Numbered from the stretch's first letter, positions 29,584-40,231 are shown. The stretch is DNA of 64,000 nt from a virus (IMGVR_UViG_2974719393_000001:14072-78071); one strand, 5' to 3'. Numbers and translations are program-made. The notes: generated by a model not told the origin, from the sequence alone.

Positions 29584-30315
29584 TTATGGTGTCATACCGA
29601 TACCGTTTTTGGCGTAAGCCAAGACACTATCGATGCTCGTGTTGTTGGCCTCACTTGGGACCTCAACTGCATCGTTGGTAGTTCGGGATACAGACCATGT
29701 ATCAAGCAACATCTTAGACAGTTTCTGTTCCGCGTCACGTGCGAAGCCATCAATCTGTGCTTGGTATAGCTCTTTCTGTTTACCGATTGAACCAGCCACT
29801 GGAAGAGAGTTAACCGTATCAAGGCGTTGAGCTTGTAGGTTGTATTTCTGTTCCACTGCCACTTCTGTATCAGCATCCAGTTTGAGTGCTTGTTTATCAA
29901 GGATGACACCTTGTTTGCCCGCATTCGCTACTTGAGCTGTAACCAAGGCAGTATTCTCAGTCTCCGTCAATAAACGTTGATTAAGCAAAGCTGTCTCAGC
30001 TTGAGCTTGTGCAGTCTGGGCTTGGATTAATGCGATTTGAGCATCCACCAACGCCGTGTCTTTAACAATCTTATCGTTCTGCAATTGTATTTGTGCGATT
30101 TGCGCATTCGTCAGTTCCTGTTGCAGTACGAATTGTAAAGCAGTCTGCATAGCTTGTTGTGTACCACCGAGGTACACCTTGGCGTAACCGTCACCTGTTA
30201 GACGACCTGCGTCGTACTCTTCAACAAGATGGGTTTTCATAGAACGCATCAACTCGTCATATAGACCAGCTTCGTCCTTGCCACCGCCAGTTAAATCGGA
30301 TACCTCGATAGTCAT
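29584..30315 (-). CDS. virion structural protein (N4 gp54-like)
   Basis: GLYDELM...HL..EYDAGRLTG..YAKVY...GKQKELYQAQIDGF; synteny. Confidence 0.8.
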   Translation of the reverse strand: MTIEVSDLTGGGKDEAGLYDELMRSMKTHLVEEYDAGRLTGDGYAKVYLGGTQQAMQTALQFVLQQELTNAQIAQIQLQNDKIVKDTALVDAQIALIQAQTAQAQAETALLNQRLLTETENTALVTAQVANAGKQGVILDKQALKLDADTEVAVEQKYNLQAQRLDTVNSLPVAGSIGKQKELYQAQIDGFARDAEQKLSKMLLDTWSVSRTTNDAVEVPSEANNTSIDSVLAYAKNGIGMTP

Positions 30316-30319
30316 AAGC

Positions 30320-30991
30320 TTAGTCCTCTAGTGAGCCTTTATGTTGCTTCTTAGCCAACGCATCAAGCTCAGCTTGAGTTAGCGGCTCAAGTACTTCAAG
30401 AGCAAATTCACGTACCTGACGAGGAGTCTTAACTTCCACACCATTTACTTTCTTACCCGAGAACGCTTGGAACTCTTTTGCTTTCATCATTAGATAAATG
30501 CAGTAAGGTACATGGTAAGCATCGCCAGCTTCACAGTTGTATGGTACGAACTTCTTAACTGTACCGACCACTCCGTTAACGAAGGAGAACACTTCACCTT
30601 TCCATTCTTTCTTCGCTGGGTTGAAACATGTGATTTTCACACGAACCAAACGAGTCAAATCTTTACGGATGATGTCCTTGGCGATAGGAGTGTATTCCAG
30701 TTGAGTGCGGTTACCGCGTTTAATGGGCATCTTCGGCAGCTTAGTCACATCAATCTCACCATTCGGTAGACGAGGGGCTGTCTTGTACGTTAGTTGAGTA
30801 GAGGTGTCTACAGCGTCGGATGCTTTAGCAATATCTTCTTCTTCGATATCAGACTCGGCCAGCTTAGCTTTGATTTTCTTACGGATGGATTCGGCTTTAG
30901 CATTAGGTGAGTATGAAATACCCAGACGGTCAGCTTCAGCACGTGCAGCATTCAAATCAGCTTCAAGAAGTTCTTTATCAATTTCAGACAT
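30320..30991 (-). CDS. N4 gp55-like protein
   Basis: ADRLGISYSPN, LVRVKITCFNPAKKEWKGE, EVLEPLT. Confidence 0.8.
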   Translation of the reverse strand: MSEIDKELLEADLNAARAEADRLGISYSPNAKAESIRKKIKAKLAESDIEEEDIAKASDAVDTSTQLTYKTAPRLPNGEIDVTKLPKMPIKRGNRTQLEYTPIAKDIIRKDLTRLVRVKITCFNPAKKEWKGEVFSFVNGVVGTVKKFVPYNCEAGDAYHVPYCIYLMMKAKEFQAFSGKKVNGVEVKTPRQVREFALEVLEPLTQAELDALAKKQHKGSLED

Positions 30992-31032
30992 GTGAGTTTC
31001 CTTTAAATCTTAGGAGGGGTGATACCCTATAG

Positions 31033-31060
31033 AAAAAGCCCCACCACTTGGGCAGGGCTT
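31033..31060 (-). terminator. intrinsic terminator after major capsid gene
   Basis: AAGCCC...GGGCTTTTT on the minus strand. Confidence 0.7.
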
Positions 31061-31086
31061 GTGGTTTCATAAACCATTATAGACTA

Positions 31087-32289
31087 TTAAATTTCTGCTG
31101 GGCTGTAAACCGTAGCAATACGCTCTGGGCGTAGAACCATGAAGCCGTAGTACCATTTAATAGAACTGAAACCTGATTCGCCGTATGGGTCGAAACGGTC
31201 AGCAGTTGCTTCGCCAGGCATCTTAGTAGTGATTTTGAATTTCACCATAGAGCCAGAAGTTTGGAAGCCGATAGTAGTGAACGACTCAGCACCAACAACA
31301 AGCATTGGGAATACGTCGTATGCACCAGCTGTTGCACGGTAACCACCGTTAGTAACTTCAGGTGCACCAGCACCCGCCCAATGTAGCATTTCAGGAACTT
31401 CAACGATACGGAATTCACCGATAGCACCAATCTCACCGCGAAGTAGAGTTGTAGCTGCACCGTATTGGTTAACTGGAATGAACGCAGGGTTACCGTGTAG
31501 GTCAGTCATCTTCTCTAGCGTAGGACGTAGAGCAGAACCAACGTACATTACAAAGCCCATACCACGGATAGTTTTAGTATCCACCATACGAGAACCTGTA
31601 ATAACAGTAGTCTGAGTTGGACAACGGTTGTCACGTAGAGTGATAGCAAGACGCATTAGGTCTTCGTATGAAATCAGTGTTTCAGCACCAGTTTCACCAG
31701 AGATACCAGTCTTAGCAACAACTGAGCCTGGGTACACTTCAACGCCAGCTGCGTTTAGCAGGTCGATTTGCAGTGCAGCTTCAGTCATCTGAGAAGCACC
31801 GATAATCATTTCACGTTGCATGTGACCGAATAGGTCAGCCATTGTATCGAAGTCTAGAGACTCTTGAGTGAATTCATCGAAGAAACCGAACTTCTCAAGC
31901 GTACCTTCTAGTTGCAAACGCGTAAAACCAACACGGTTCACACGACCACCAACTTCTGTTAGCGCTGGAAGTTTACCTTGAATAGTACCGATGTCGCGGC
32001 TTGAACCATATAGGTTACCATCTGCGATGGTTACACCAGATGCATCGATACCTTGGTCATTGTCATTTCGGTCGTCTAGTAACGGCATGAAATGGTATTT
32101 CTTGATAGTTTTACCGAAGTGTTTCGGCATGTTTTTCACAGACGCCATCTGAGTAAAGTATTGGTCACGTGCTGCTTCAACAAGCGCCTTTTTCCAATAT
32201 AGGTGCGGTTGTAGCTGCTCAGCGCCAGTACCAAGGTTAGAGTGGTCTGAGCCGTTATTATAACGGATTTGGTCAGTAGTATTTGACAT
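31087..32289 (-). CDS. major capsid protein (N4 gp56-like)
   Basis: MPKHFGKTIK, PLLDDRN.NDQGIDA, GNLYGSSRDIG, GGRVNRVGFTR, DPYGE.GFSSIKWYYG. Confidence 0.95.
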   Translation of the reverse strand: MSNTTDQIRYNNGSDHSNLGTGAEQLQPHLYWKKALVEAARDQYFTQMASVKNMPKHFGKTIKKYHFMPLLDDRNDNDQGIDASGVTIADGNLYGSSRDIGTIQGKLPALTEVGGRVNRVGFTRLQLEGTLEKFGFFDEFTQESLDFDTMADLFGHMQREMIIGASQMTEAALQIDLLNAAGVEVYPGSVVAKTGISGETGAETLISYEDLMRLAITLRDNRCPTQTTVITGSRMVDTKTIRGMGFVMYVGSALRPTLEKMTDLHGNPAFIPVNQYGAATTLLRGEIGAIGEFRIVEVPEMLHWAGAGAPEVTNGGYRATAGAYDVFPMLVVGAESFTTIGFQTSGSMVKFKITTKMPGEATADRFDPYGESGFSSIKWYYGFMVLRPERIATVYSPAEI

Positions 32290-32299
32290 GAGTCATTCC

Positions 32300-33463
32300 T
32301 TAGTAGATTGAGTTACCAAACTGTTTCTCGAAGTCTTCATCCGATAAATCGAATGGGTTCACTTCGGGTTCTTTCACAGGCTTCTTAGCCTTAGTTGCAG
32401 CAGCCGCCTTACGTTGGCTCTTGCGCTGTTCGTTTGCCTTCTTCTTAACCGGCTCAACTACTTTTTCAGGTTCCTGGGTTTGAGAATTCTCTTGGGTCTG
32501 AGAACCAAACTTACCAGCTGCCATCAAATCGTTGCCGACTTTGAAGTAAGCATCCAAATCTGAAAGACCGGTCAATTGACCGAGTGCATCTTGTCGCGCC
32601 ATTTCGTCTGCAATTTGCTGATAAACGCCATTACCCATGTGTTCATTCAGTTTGAGAATCATTGACGGATTTTGCACAAGTTTGCCTTTACTCGACTCAT
32701 CCCATTCTTTACCAACCAGATTCATAGTTGCTTCGTATGTATCCGTCTCCCGTACTTGAGCCAATACATCATCGAGGGCTAGTTCTGCGTCAGTAACCTT
32801 ATGCTTGGTCGTAGGTGCATACTTAGGGTCTTCATCGCTTTCTAAGCTATCAAGGTCAATACCTTTATCTTTGATAAGCTTTTTGAGAGCGTCTGGATTG
32901 CCATTCTGCAAATCAATTAAATAACTTACTGTATCTTCATCCAGTAGTTCGTTATTTTCTAGCATTTTAGCCACTTTAAACGCAGGTTTCAAGGCAGCCA
33001 TCTTTTTATTGTAGTTGGCACCCTTCTGCATTAGCGTACGAGCTTCATCGACAGACTCAACTTTAATCATCTTGCCGTTAGCTTTGAATGGTTCGAATAG
33101 AGCTTCTAGGTCTTTATTCGTTACTTCTGTTTCGGAGGTTTCTGACTCGTCATCGTCTGTGTCTTCGTCTGACTCTCCATCTGAATCTGACTCATCGGCT
33201 TCTCCGTCTGTGTCGTCATCATCTTCGTCAGTTTCATCGTCACTATGCTCTGAGCCAGTCTCTTCTTCTTCATTGTGTCCTTCAACACTTGAATCAGAAT
33301 CTTCCTCGCTTCCTGTGTCGGAAAGAACAGTTTCATCGGCTTCACCTTCTTCTGTCTGTGATTCTTCGACAGCAGCTAGGGCCTGTGCTTCAAGAGCATC
33401 CGACTGACTGATGAACTCGTCATCAGGCATGTCGAAGAAATTGGTTTCTTGATTATCGTTCAT
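32300..33463 (-). CDS. N4 gp57-like protein (scaffold-like, acidic N-terminus)
   Basis: PFKANGK...LMQKGANYNKKM; upstream of the capsid gene. Confidence 0.82.
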   Translation of the reverse strand: MNDNQETNFFDMPDDEFISQSDALEAQALAAVEESQTEEGEADETVLSDTGSEEDSDSSVEGHNEEEETGSEHSDDETDEDDDDTDGEADESDSDGESDEDTDDDESETSETEVTNKDLEALFEPFKANGKMIKVESVDEARTLMQKGANYNKKMAALKPAFKVAKMLENNELLDEDTVSYLIDLQNGNPDALKKLIKDKGIDLDSLESDEDPKYAPTTKHKVTDAELALDDVLAQVRETDTYEATMNLVGKEWDESSKGKLVQNPSMILKLNEHMGNGVYQQIADEMARQDALGQLTGLSDLDAYFKVGNDLMAAGKFGSQTQENSQTQEPEKVVEPVKKKANEQRKSQRKAAAATKAKKPVKEPEVNPFDLSDEDFEKQFGNSIY

Positions 33464-33466
33464 GGA

Positions 33467-33832
33467 TTAGCCCTCCAGCTCATCGTACTGGTCATCAGAC
33501 ATAGACTCTAGTTCTACGATAGCCTGTTCACATTGGCGAACACGTTCGTCAGCTGCAGTAGCCATTTGACGTAGAGAAGCTAGGTAAGCATTAAATGCCG
33601 ATGCACCGGTAAGTGCTTTTTGGATGGATTGTTGAACCAAATCGTGTTGACAGTCCGGGCGAGCAATCATTGAAGTTTGTTCTAGGACGTGGTCTTTCAA
33701 GAAACCTTCAAGTACGATTTTCTTGAAATCGCGGTTACGTTCGAGACGGTCTAGTACATCATTCATTGCTTGAGCTTGTTTTGCATCTTCAAGTTGCGCA
33801 CGGATTGCTTCAAGTTGTTGAGTACGAGTCAT
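33467..33832 (-). CDS. N4 gp58-like protein
   Basis: LERNRDFKKIVLEGFL motif; synteny. Confidence 0.78.
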   Translation of the reverse strand: MTRTQQLEAIRAQLEDAKQAQAMNDVLDRLERNRDFKKIVLEGFLKDHVLEQTSMIARPDCQHDLVQQSIQKALTGASAFNAYLASLRQMATAADERVRQCEQAIVELESMSDDQYDELEG

Positions 33833-33853
33833 ATCTATTCTCCGAAAAGCGGC

Positions 33854-36004
33854 TTATTCGCCGCTTGATTTGTTTGTATTTGATTCAGGTTTTTGAGGAG
33901 CCAGTGCTGCCTCTACTACCTTCATTTGAGTGTTGGCTTGTGCCTGAGCTTGGATTTCAGCCATCTTACGCTCATGGTTCACGCCGCGTTCTTCTTCCAC
34001 AAACTCCAAGTGCTTGTTGTCTGTGTCTGCATTAAGGTTAGCCGCTTTAGCTTGAGATTCAACCGCTTTCGCGCCATCAAGCTGTGTTTGACCACCTAGT
34101 CGTGCGATTTCTGCCTGAAGCTTCATAATTTCCATCTGAGTTTTCTGCATCTCAAGTTGTACACTTGGGTCAGGTTCAGGCTGGAATTCTTCGATACGTT
34201 TAGCCAGTGCAGGCATCTGACGTAGTCGAGCGATGTCGGCGAGAATAACTTGTGACATAGGTAATGGCAAGCTGTTGCCCATAGTCTGTAGCATAAATGC
34301 CAACTCAGAAGCTTTCTGGTTATCAGCTTCAGCTGTGGATACTGTTAGACGTAAGTCGAAGTTACCCGCTAAATCGTCACGACGGATAGGAACGAATTCC
34401 TCAGCAGTGACACGAATCACTTCTTCTTCATCAAGGAACATAGAGTTCATTGCGATAATCTTACGACCTACTTGAACCAAACCAGTAGCCAAACGACGAA
34501 GGATACCTAGTTCGCGTTTAGATGCCGCATCCAAAGCTCCTCGTACTGCAGTGGCTGTGTCACCAAGTGCTGCACCACTAATACCAGAGGAAAATGCTTT
34601 AACGCCTGTAAGAGATTCAGCGTCTTGATTCTGCATGTCGAGCATGTATTGTGCAGAGCCAGGAATCTCAGGATAAGTGTGGTCAATAACAGCAATTCGA
34701 GGGTCAATAGTAGGGTTAAATTCATAGTCTTCACCATTCTTATATTTACGGCGGTTCACAGGGTCTAGAGCATCTTGACGCATACCTTTTTGGCCAGCGG
34801 CAGAACGTCCCATCATGTCAATCATCCCGCGAGTAACCGCACCAATGATGTCTTGATTTTCTTTAAGAAGCGCACCATCTGATTCGCCATAAGTAGACTT
34901 ACGAACAGGCAAATACTGAACGACAGTGAATGGCAATTTACCATCTGGATAAGGGCTACGCTCCATGCGAATAATAGTATCGCCGACCCAAGTGGCCACG
35001 AAAGGCTCAACAGTGCCATCGCCATCAAGGTCCCAAAAACCCCAATACTCATATGCGACAAACTTCTTGCGCGGCTTATCACTAAAATTGAAAGCGGTAT
35101 CACCATCAACATGGTGGTCAGGAGCAGAAATAGGGTCATTCGTTCCATCTTGTACGTCCAACTTATCGAGGTTGAAATAGCGGTCAGGATACTGTTCCAG
35201 CTCAGACAAAGATGTTTCAAATGAGTAGATAGCAAATTGCGCTTTATCCACATCACCATCACAGGTTGGGTCAAGCATGAAGTTATGGTAATCCACTACT
35301 TCAACTGTAGGGTGGTTAGCTGTCACACGTTCTTCGGTTACTTCTTTCTTGCCCACACGTTTAGCGATATAGGCAATAATGCCACCGTTATCTAGGGTGT
35401 ATTCGACAGAACGTTTCAGGTCTTCAGGCAGCGCCATGAACTCTGCTGGCGCAGAGTTCTTGAGCGCCATGCCTTGAGTAATCATTGCAACAGCAGCAGG
35501 GTCAGTAGCTTGAACGTACTCGTATGTGTCAACCATATGAGTAACCATCTGCTCTTTGTATTCCCAGCCGGTACGAACGATGACAGTACCTTCATCAACA
35601 GCGGTACGTACGTAGTCATCGATGAACTTCTGTTTGTTAATCTTGGTAGAGAATTGGTAGTTCAGAACCAACTGATTCTGATATGCCGCATCTTTGTCTT
35701 CCGCAGTCACAGGCTCAACATTATATAAGTCGTACGTACTAAGTAAAGGCTCCGATAAGGAGCCATAACGCCATTCAGCTTGCTTACGAATTAACTTAGG
35801 TTGTACCTGAGAACGACCACGAATGAACTTCTTCTTCGCCGAACCAGTGATGTTCATGTTATCAAGATAACCATCAATCTTAGAGATGGCATCATCACGG
35901 TCAGGCTTAGCCAAGAGGTAATCATTCTTTAGCTCCTGCAATGAGGGAGCATTTTCAAAGTCATGCTTACTCTCTGTAACATCATTCATGTTTTCGTCTT
36001 CCAT
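33854..36004 (-). CDS. portal protein (N4 gp59-like)
   Basis: GRSQVQPKLIRKQAEWRY, AESLTGVKAFSSGISG, LDAASKRELGILRRL. Confidence 0.95.
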   Translation of the reverse strand: MEDENMNDVTESKHDFENAPSLQELKNDYLLAKPDRDDAISKIDGYLDNMNITGSAKKKFIRGRSQVQPKLIRKQAEWRYGSLSEPLLSTYDLYNVEPVTAEDKDAAYQNQLVLNYQFSTKINKQKFIDDYVRTAVDEGTVIVRTGWEYKEQMVTHMVDTYEYVQATDPAAVAMITQGMALKNSAPAEFMALPEDLKRSVEYTLDNGGIIAYIAKRVGKKEVTEERVTANHPTVEVVDYHNFMLDPTCDGDVDKAQFAIYSFETSLSELEQYPDRYFNLDKLDVQDGTNDPISAPDHHVDGDTAFNFSDKPRKKFVAYEYWGFWDLDGDGTVEPFVATWVGDTIIRMERSPYPDGKLPFTVVQYLPVRKSTYGESDGALLKENQDIIGAVTRGMIDMMGRSAAGQKGMRQDALDPVNRRKYKNGEDYEFNPTIDPRIAVIDHTYPEIPGSAQYMLDMQNQDAESLTGVKAFSSGISGAALGDTATAVRGALDAASKRELGILRRLATGLVQVGRKIIAMNSMFLDEEEVIRVTAEEFVPIRRDDLAGNFDLRLTVSTAEADNQKASELAFMLQTMGNSLPLPMSQVILADIARLRQMPALAKRIEEFQPEPDPSVQLEMQKTQMEIMKLQAEIARLGGQTQLDGAKAVESQAKAANLNADTDNKHLEFVEEERGVNHERKMAEIQAQAQANTQMKVVEAALAPQKPESNTNKSSGE

Positions 36005-36019
36005 CTTGATAACTCCAGG

Positions 36020-36409
36020 TTAGCGACGTAATTGGATGTGAGGCCAGTCTTGGATGGATTCCCAAAGACCACCGAATTCGATTTCAACACCTTCAATAAT
36101 AGCTGCTGTAATAAATGCTTGTACTACCTTACGAAAGTATTTCTGATTCCACGTAAGTTTACCACCAACCCAGACAGTAATGTCTAGTGCTTCGGCCTCG
36201 CCTTTGGCGTTTGGTAAATGGCGTGAATTCATAGTCCAAGACTTGCCTTCCGCTACTAGCTGCTTTTGGCGTTCTACAGTGCGCAGGGTTTCGCCAATAC
36301 CGAAGTCGTATTTTGTGAGCGTTAGCGCACGTTTGGCGACACGCTGTAGACGTTCGTCACAATCTGCTAGTCGAGTTAATGATTTTTGGCTAAATTTAAA
36401 ATTACTCAT
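36020..36409 (-). CDS. endolysin, M15 (L-Ala-D-Glu peptidase-like)
   Basis: FSQKSL.RL, LRTVERQKQLVAEGKSWTMNSRHL...ALD...DWPHIQL (Zn ligands H, D, H). Confidence 0.9.
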   Translation of the reverse strand: MSNFKFSQKSLTRLADCDERLQRVAKRALTLTKYDFGIGETLRTVERQKQLVAEGKSWTMNSRHLPNAKGEAEALDITVWVGGKLTWNQKYFRKVVQAFITAAIIEGVEIEFGGLWESIQDWPHIQLRR

Positions 36410-36457
36410 GATGTTCTCCTTCTAGGAAATATCCCAATCATAGCACGGAACTCTTCT

Positions 36458-37129
36458 ATGAAAACAAAACAACTCCAGACAACACCTACGCATCAGGCTT
36501 ATCAGCTTGCTCTGCATTCTCGTGAGTTATACCCAACAATTGCATACGGCTCAGCTGGTACTGGTAAAACATACGGTGCTTTAAAAGCGGGCATTAAGAT
36601 GCTTCAGGATAAGCAGATTAAACGTATCATTGTTACTCGCCCTAACGTTTCATTCGCTCAAACCAATGGTTTCTTACCAGGTACTGAGCGCGAAAAAATG
36701 GAACCGTGGGTACGTCCGATTCTTCAAAACCTCGGAAAGTTAGGAGTTAATTCAGGTACAGTCGAATCATGGGAAAATAACGGTACGTTATTGTTCTACC
36801 CGCTTGAGTTCGTTCAAGGTATGTCATTTGACGATGCACTCATCATTGTCGATGAATGTCAGAACATGACTTTTGACCAGTTGAAAGTATTCCTGACTCG
36901 TACCGGTTTTAATGCTCGTGTCGTACTAGCCGGCGACATTGCACAAATCTCTCCTAAGTTTGGTAACTCTGGTTTAGCCAAGTTACTCCATATGGTTGAA
37001 GTAATGGGCATCCCTTGTCAAACAATCGGTTTTGGTCGCGAAGACATCGTTCGTTCAGAGCAATGTAAGATGTGGATTGAAGCTTTCGAAGATTATGAAG
37101 CTGGGCTCTACCCAGATAAAGAAGAGTAA
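36458..37129 (+). CDS. phoH: PhoH-family ATPase
   Basis: GSAGTGKT, TRP, GFLPGT.REKMEPW, IIVDECQNMT, FLTR, GDIAQ, DIVRS. Confidence 0.93.
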   Translation: MKTKQLQTTPTHQAYQLALHSRELYPTIAYGSAGTGKTYGALKAGIKMLQDKQIKRIIVTRPNVSFAQTNGFLPGTEREKMEPWVRPILQNLGKLGVNSGTVESWENNGTLLFYPLEFVQGMSFDDALIIVDECQNMTFDQLKVFLTRTGFNARVVLAGDIAQISPKFGNSGLAKLLHMVEVMGIPCQTIGFGREDIVRSEQCKMWIEAFEDYEAGLYPDKEE

Positions 37130-37130
37130 A

Positions 37131-37158
37131 GAAAGGGGCCATTTGGCCCCTTATTTTT
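37131..37158. terminator. bidirectional intrinsic terminator
   Basis: AAGGGGCCA-TT-TGGCCCCTT-ATTTTT between convergent phoH and tail genes. Confidence 0.8.
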
Positions 37159-37444
37159 ATGCTGTCGGAATAGGATAACTATCAATAATAAACTGAATAG
37201 TCCCATCACTAGCGCCTGCCGGCATACGTACTGTGCCTACCTCATTCCATTGGTCATCCGAAAACAACTCAATAGAATAATCACCCTCACCAAGAGTGAA
37301 GCTGTAAGCCCCACCCGCAGCAAGAGTAATCGTAGCCTCAGCTGTAGCCAACACATCACCCGAGCCTTTTAAGCATTTGATGCGAACCTTGGAAGCCAAG
37401 GCTGTACCAATCGGGTTTGTTAAGTTACCTGAGATATTAGCCAT
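37157..37444 (-). CDS. stand-alone lambda Stf-like tail-fibre N-terminal domain protein
   Basis: ISGNLTNP.G...G.YSFTL..GDYSI...VGTV resembles the Stf N-terminal domain and the N-terminus of the upstream fibre; GGAGG SD. Confidence 0.7.
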   Translation of the reverse strand: MANISGNLTNPIGTALASKVRIKCLKGSGDVLATAEATITLAAGGAYSFTLGEGDYSIELFSDDQWNEVGTVRMPAGASDGTIQFIIDSYPIPTA

Positions 37445-37453
37445 GGGGCCTCC

Positions 37454-40231
37454 TTAACATAAGTCATTACCATTACGAAATAAAATCGCAGAAATAGTAT
37501 TATTTGAATAAGGGGATGCTATACACATACCACCATTTGCTGCACCATTCAAATCATCTAAATGCCCATAAATATTTATACTTCCTGTGGTGTTTGCGGG
37601 TATATTTATTGCAACTTGATGAATACCAGTAACCACGCATTGGTGTGTATTACCGCTTTGGGAACATGCCCAAATTTTAGCAGTATTAACAGCAGTGAAT
37701 TGTGTACTAGTCGTCACCAGTTTAGCTGATGCTTGGGTTGGGTTTCCCGCTTCACCTGTACTTGTAGCCCACACACTAATTAAGGCACTTAATTGAAGGG
37801 TGCGTGGATATGGCATAGAGCCGGATACACAAATCACTGCAAATAACGGCGTATTCCCCGTGGAGCCGGATTTTACTTGAGTTGTTGCAGCCTTATTCAA
37901 ACCAGATGTAACATCCCCAATAATACACTGAGCATATATGGAACCACAAAAACAACCTGTGGCAGCACTGATAGTGCCACGTACAATAGCATTGTTGAAC
38001 TCAGCATTACCACTACAATCAATTGCCCAACCAGTTGAACCAACAACGTAGTTACCGGATTTGATTTGAATTTGACTTTGACAAGGGTAAATGCGGTTTT
38101 CTGTCCAAGCACAAGCAGCAGTACCTTCGTTTACTGCACAAGTTTTTGCTGCGTCACCGCAAGATATACCACAGTTGCAGGCACTCACAGCTTTATTACA
38201 TGCATTGGTTTCAGCTGTTAATGCGCGGTCGTACGACTTGCCCATTAGTTCTTGAACGGAAGGGGCGTTACCCATCTCCCATAATCCTGGTTTGTAGAAA
38301 TACTGTATAGGGCCATTAACATCAGCAGAGTAATACCAAAAAACCCGTTGGGTAACGTTAGTAACAGTACCACTAGGTGGCATAACCCAATCTACACCAG
38401 ATGCTACTTTAGTGCCTGTGTCGGGGTCATAAACACCGGTAACACCTGTTTCTCCGGCAGTATACCCACGAGCATGCACTACACCAACGAGCAGATACCA
38501 CTTATTTAATTGAGGCAAATCCCCAGACCAAAAGTAAGGGTTATCTGACGTTTGTGTACCATCTGCACTGTTCATACCCACATATCTAGTAGTACCAAAA
38601 AATATTTGCCCATCTAATGTGGTTTGACACGCCCAAACAGCATGTAAGTAAGACTTGCTCACTGAGAAGTTTTGCGTAGCGCAGTACGTCCAACCCCCAT
38701 CAGGAGTGTCTGCAGTATTACTATTTGTTTTGGTACGCCAAACTAAGCCACCTTGTCCAAAAGGACCACCAGAAGTTGTACTCACATAGTTTTCATCGGA
38801 GTCTCCGTTTCTAATGAAAGTATTACAAGCATTATTATCAGAATCCCCTCGATACCCTACAACCCATAAGTTTGTATTAAGTAAGTTAGATACTGCACTG
38901 TCTGCAGTTAACTGGGCATTAGTGATTTCAGGCGGTACTGCACTAGCATCACAAAAAACCAAGCAAGTAGTATTAATACACCCAGTAATATAAGCATTTG
39001 AAGCAATAAGCGCACCGTTATCTGTTACACGAAAAGGAGCCGTCGGAATTCCTGTAGAATTGCGAGCATCCCAGTAACCTGCCCAAAATCGATAACCTTT
39101 ATTTAGGTTAGAGGTTTCAGACCCAGAATCATCCCCATTCATCCCTGCTGTTGTTATACCGGTTCCAGCTTTAATGGTTGTATTTGAAACTAACTTATCT
39201 CCTGTCAAACAACGAATATATGCTGCATCCATATATACACAATTACCAACTACTTGGAATGGGTAGCTTTGAGTGTTTGGATTACCGTTATGCATGATAA
39301 TTTTGTCAGCTTGCATCAAGATACAGGATTCTTGTACCGCAGCTTCCGTACAAGCAGTGGCCACGAGAGCAATACTTGCACACGCATCACCTGCTTGAGT
39401 AACAATTTCATAACCAGCTTGTTGTAAACCCTGGCCATTATCAATTACGTTCATACAGGTATAGACTGCAGCATCACAGGCTTGAACCATATTCACCAAG
39501 TTCGAACACACAATGCCTGCACAAGTGTCAGAATATGCTTCCGCAGTCTGAAGTACTTGGGCATCTCCAGCATCCATGTCAGTACATAGACAGGCAATCG
39601 CAATATCATTCGAAGTAGTGTACGCAGTTAGCGTAGAGCAGATGTCTACTAACGCTGTATTTAATGAAGTGGTACAGCAAGTAATCTCCGCACCAGTCGC
39701 ATCAGCATAAGCTTGACTTTCTAAGAGAACAGCCGCGTCACCGGCCACAATAGTGTCGGTTAACTCAGCAGAACAAGCCTGTAATCGGTCATTGGTATAG
39801 GTAGTCATCGCGGTACACACACCAGTGTCACCTTGTACTACCTGTTGTGATAGTTGAACAATACAAGTGTCCCATGCAGTTTCGAGCGCTGAAATACAGC
39901 CGCCAAAGTCATCACGGATACACTGTTCATTTTGATTCGGTAACGGAGTTGTGTAATACAACAGTTCCGAAATTGTATATGACGAGTCAGTCAGAGAATC
40001 GTTGGCTACCGTTGTACCGATATGCTCGAATGTATCTGTGAACATCACATATAGTTCATGAGTACCGAACGCGAGATTAAAGTCATAATTACCTTGGTTG
40101 TCGGTAAAATAAATGGCCTCGGAAGTCGTTAAGACATTACCGAAGCCACTTGAGGTTACAACTTTAATCGGGACGTTCTGTACCACTTGACTCATAGGTG
40201 TCTGCAAGACACCCAAAACTCGAATGGACAT
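37454..40231 (-). CDS. cysteine-rich tail fibre / host-specificity protein (Stf-like N-terminus, lambda J-like segments)
   Basis: Stf-like N-domain; GD..V.....AY.D coiled repeats; QADKI...PFQV; IKSGNYV.GSTGWAID.SGNAEFNN; about 41 Cys counted by hand. Confidence 0.85.
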   Translation of the reverse strand: MSIRVLGVLQTPMSQVVQNVPIKVVTSSGFGNVLTTSEAIYFTDNQGNYDFNLAFGTHELYVMFTDTFEHIGTTVANDSLTDSSYTISELLYYTTPLPNQNEQCIRDDFGGCISALETAWDTCIVQLSQQVVQGDTGVCTAMTTYTNDRLQACSAELTDTIVAGDAAVLLESQAYADATGAEITCCTTSLNTALVDICSTLTAYTTSNDIAIACLCTDMDAGDAQVLQTAEAYSDTCAGIVCSNLVNMVQACDAAVYTCMNVIDNGQGLQQAGYEIVTQAGDACASIALVATACTEAAVQESCILMQADKIIMHNGNPNTQSYPFQVVGNCVYMDAAYIRCLTGDKLVSNTTIKAGTGITTAGMNGDDSGSETSNLNKGYRFWAGYWDARNSTGIPTAPFRVTDNGALIASNAYITGCINTTCLVFCDASAVPPEITNAQLTADSAVSNLLNTNLWVVGYRGDSDNNACNTFIRNGDSDENYVSTTSGGPFGQGGLVWRTKTNSNTADTPDGGWTYCATQNFSVSKSYLHAVWACQTTLDGQIFFGTTRYVGMNSADGTQTSDNPYFWSGDLPQLNKWYLLVGVVHARGYTAGETGVTGVYDPDTGTKVASGVDWVMPPSGTVTNVTQRVFWYYSADVNGPIQYFYKPGLWEMGNAPSVQELMGKSYDRALTAETNACNKAVSACNCGISCGDAAKTCAVNEGTAACAWTENRIYPCQSQIQIKSGNYVVGSTGWAIDCSGNAEFNNAIVRGTISAATGCFCGSIYAQCIIGDVTSGLNKAATTQVKSGSTGNTPLFAVICVSGSMPYPRTLQLSALISVWATSTGEAGNPTQASAKLVTTSTQFTAVNTAKIWACSQSGNTHQCVVTGIHQVAINIPANTTGSINIYGHLDDLNGAANGGMCIASPYSNNTISAILFRNGNDLC

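Noticed and set aside
33015-33411. Ser-rich and other antisense ORFs (also 13449-13931, 23416-23892, 44000-44335)
   Set aside because: Shadows of acidic or Ala-rich low-complexity sense genes.
37454-40231. Cys excess explained by TGT/TGC codon reassignment
   Set aside because: Cys occupies conserved catalytic or metal sites in other genes (GDCEDY, CxxC), the excess is confined to one gene, and no tRNA was found.
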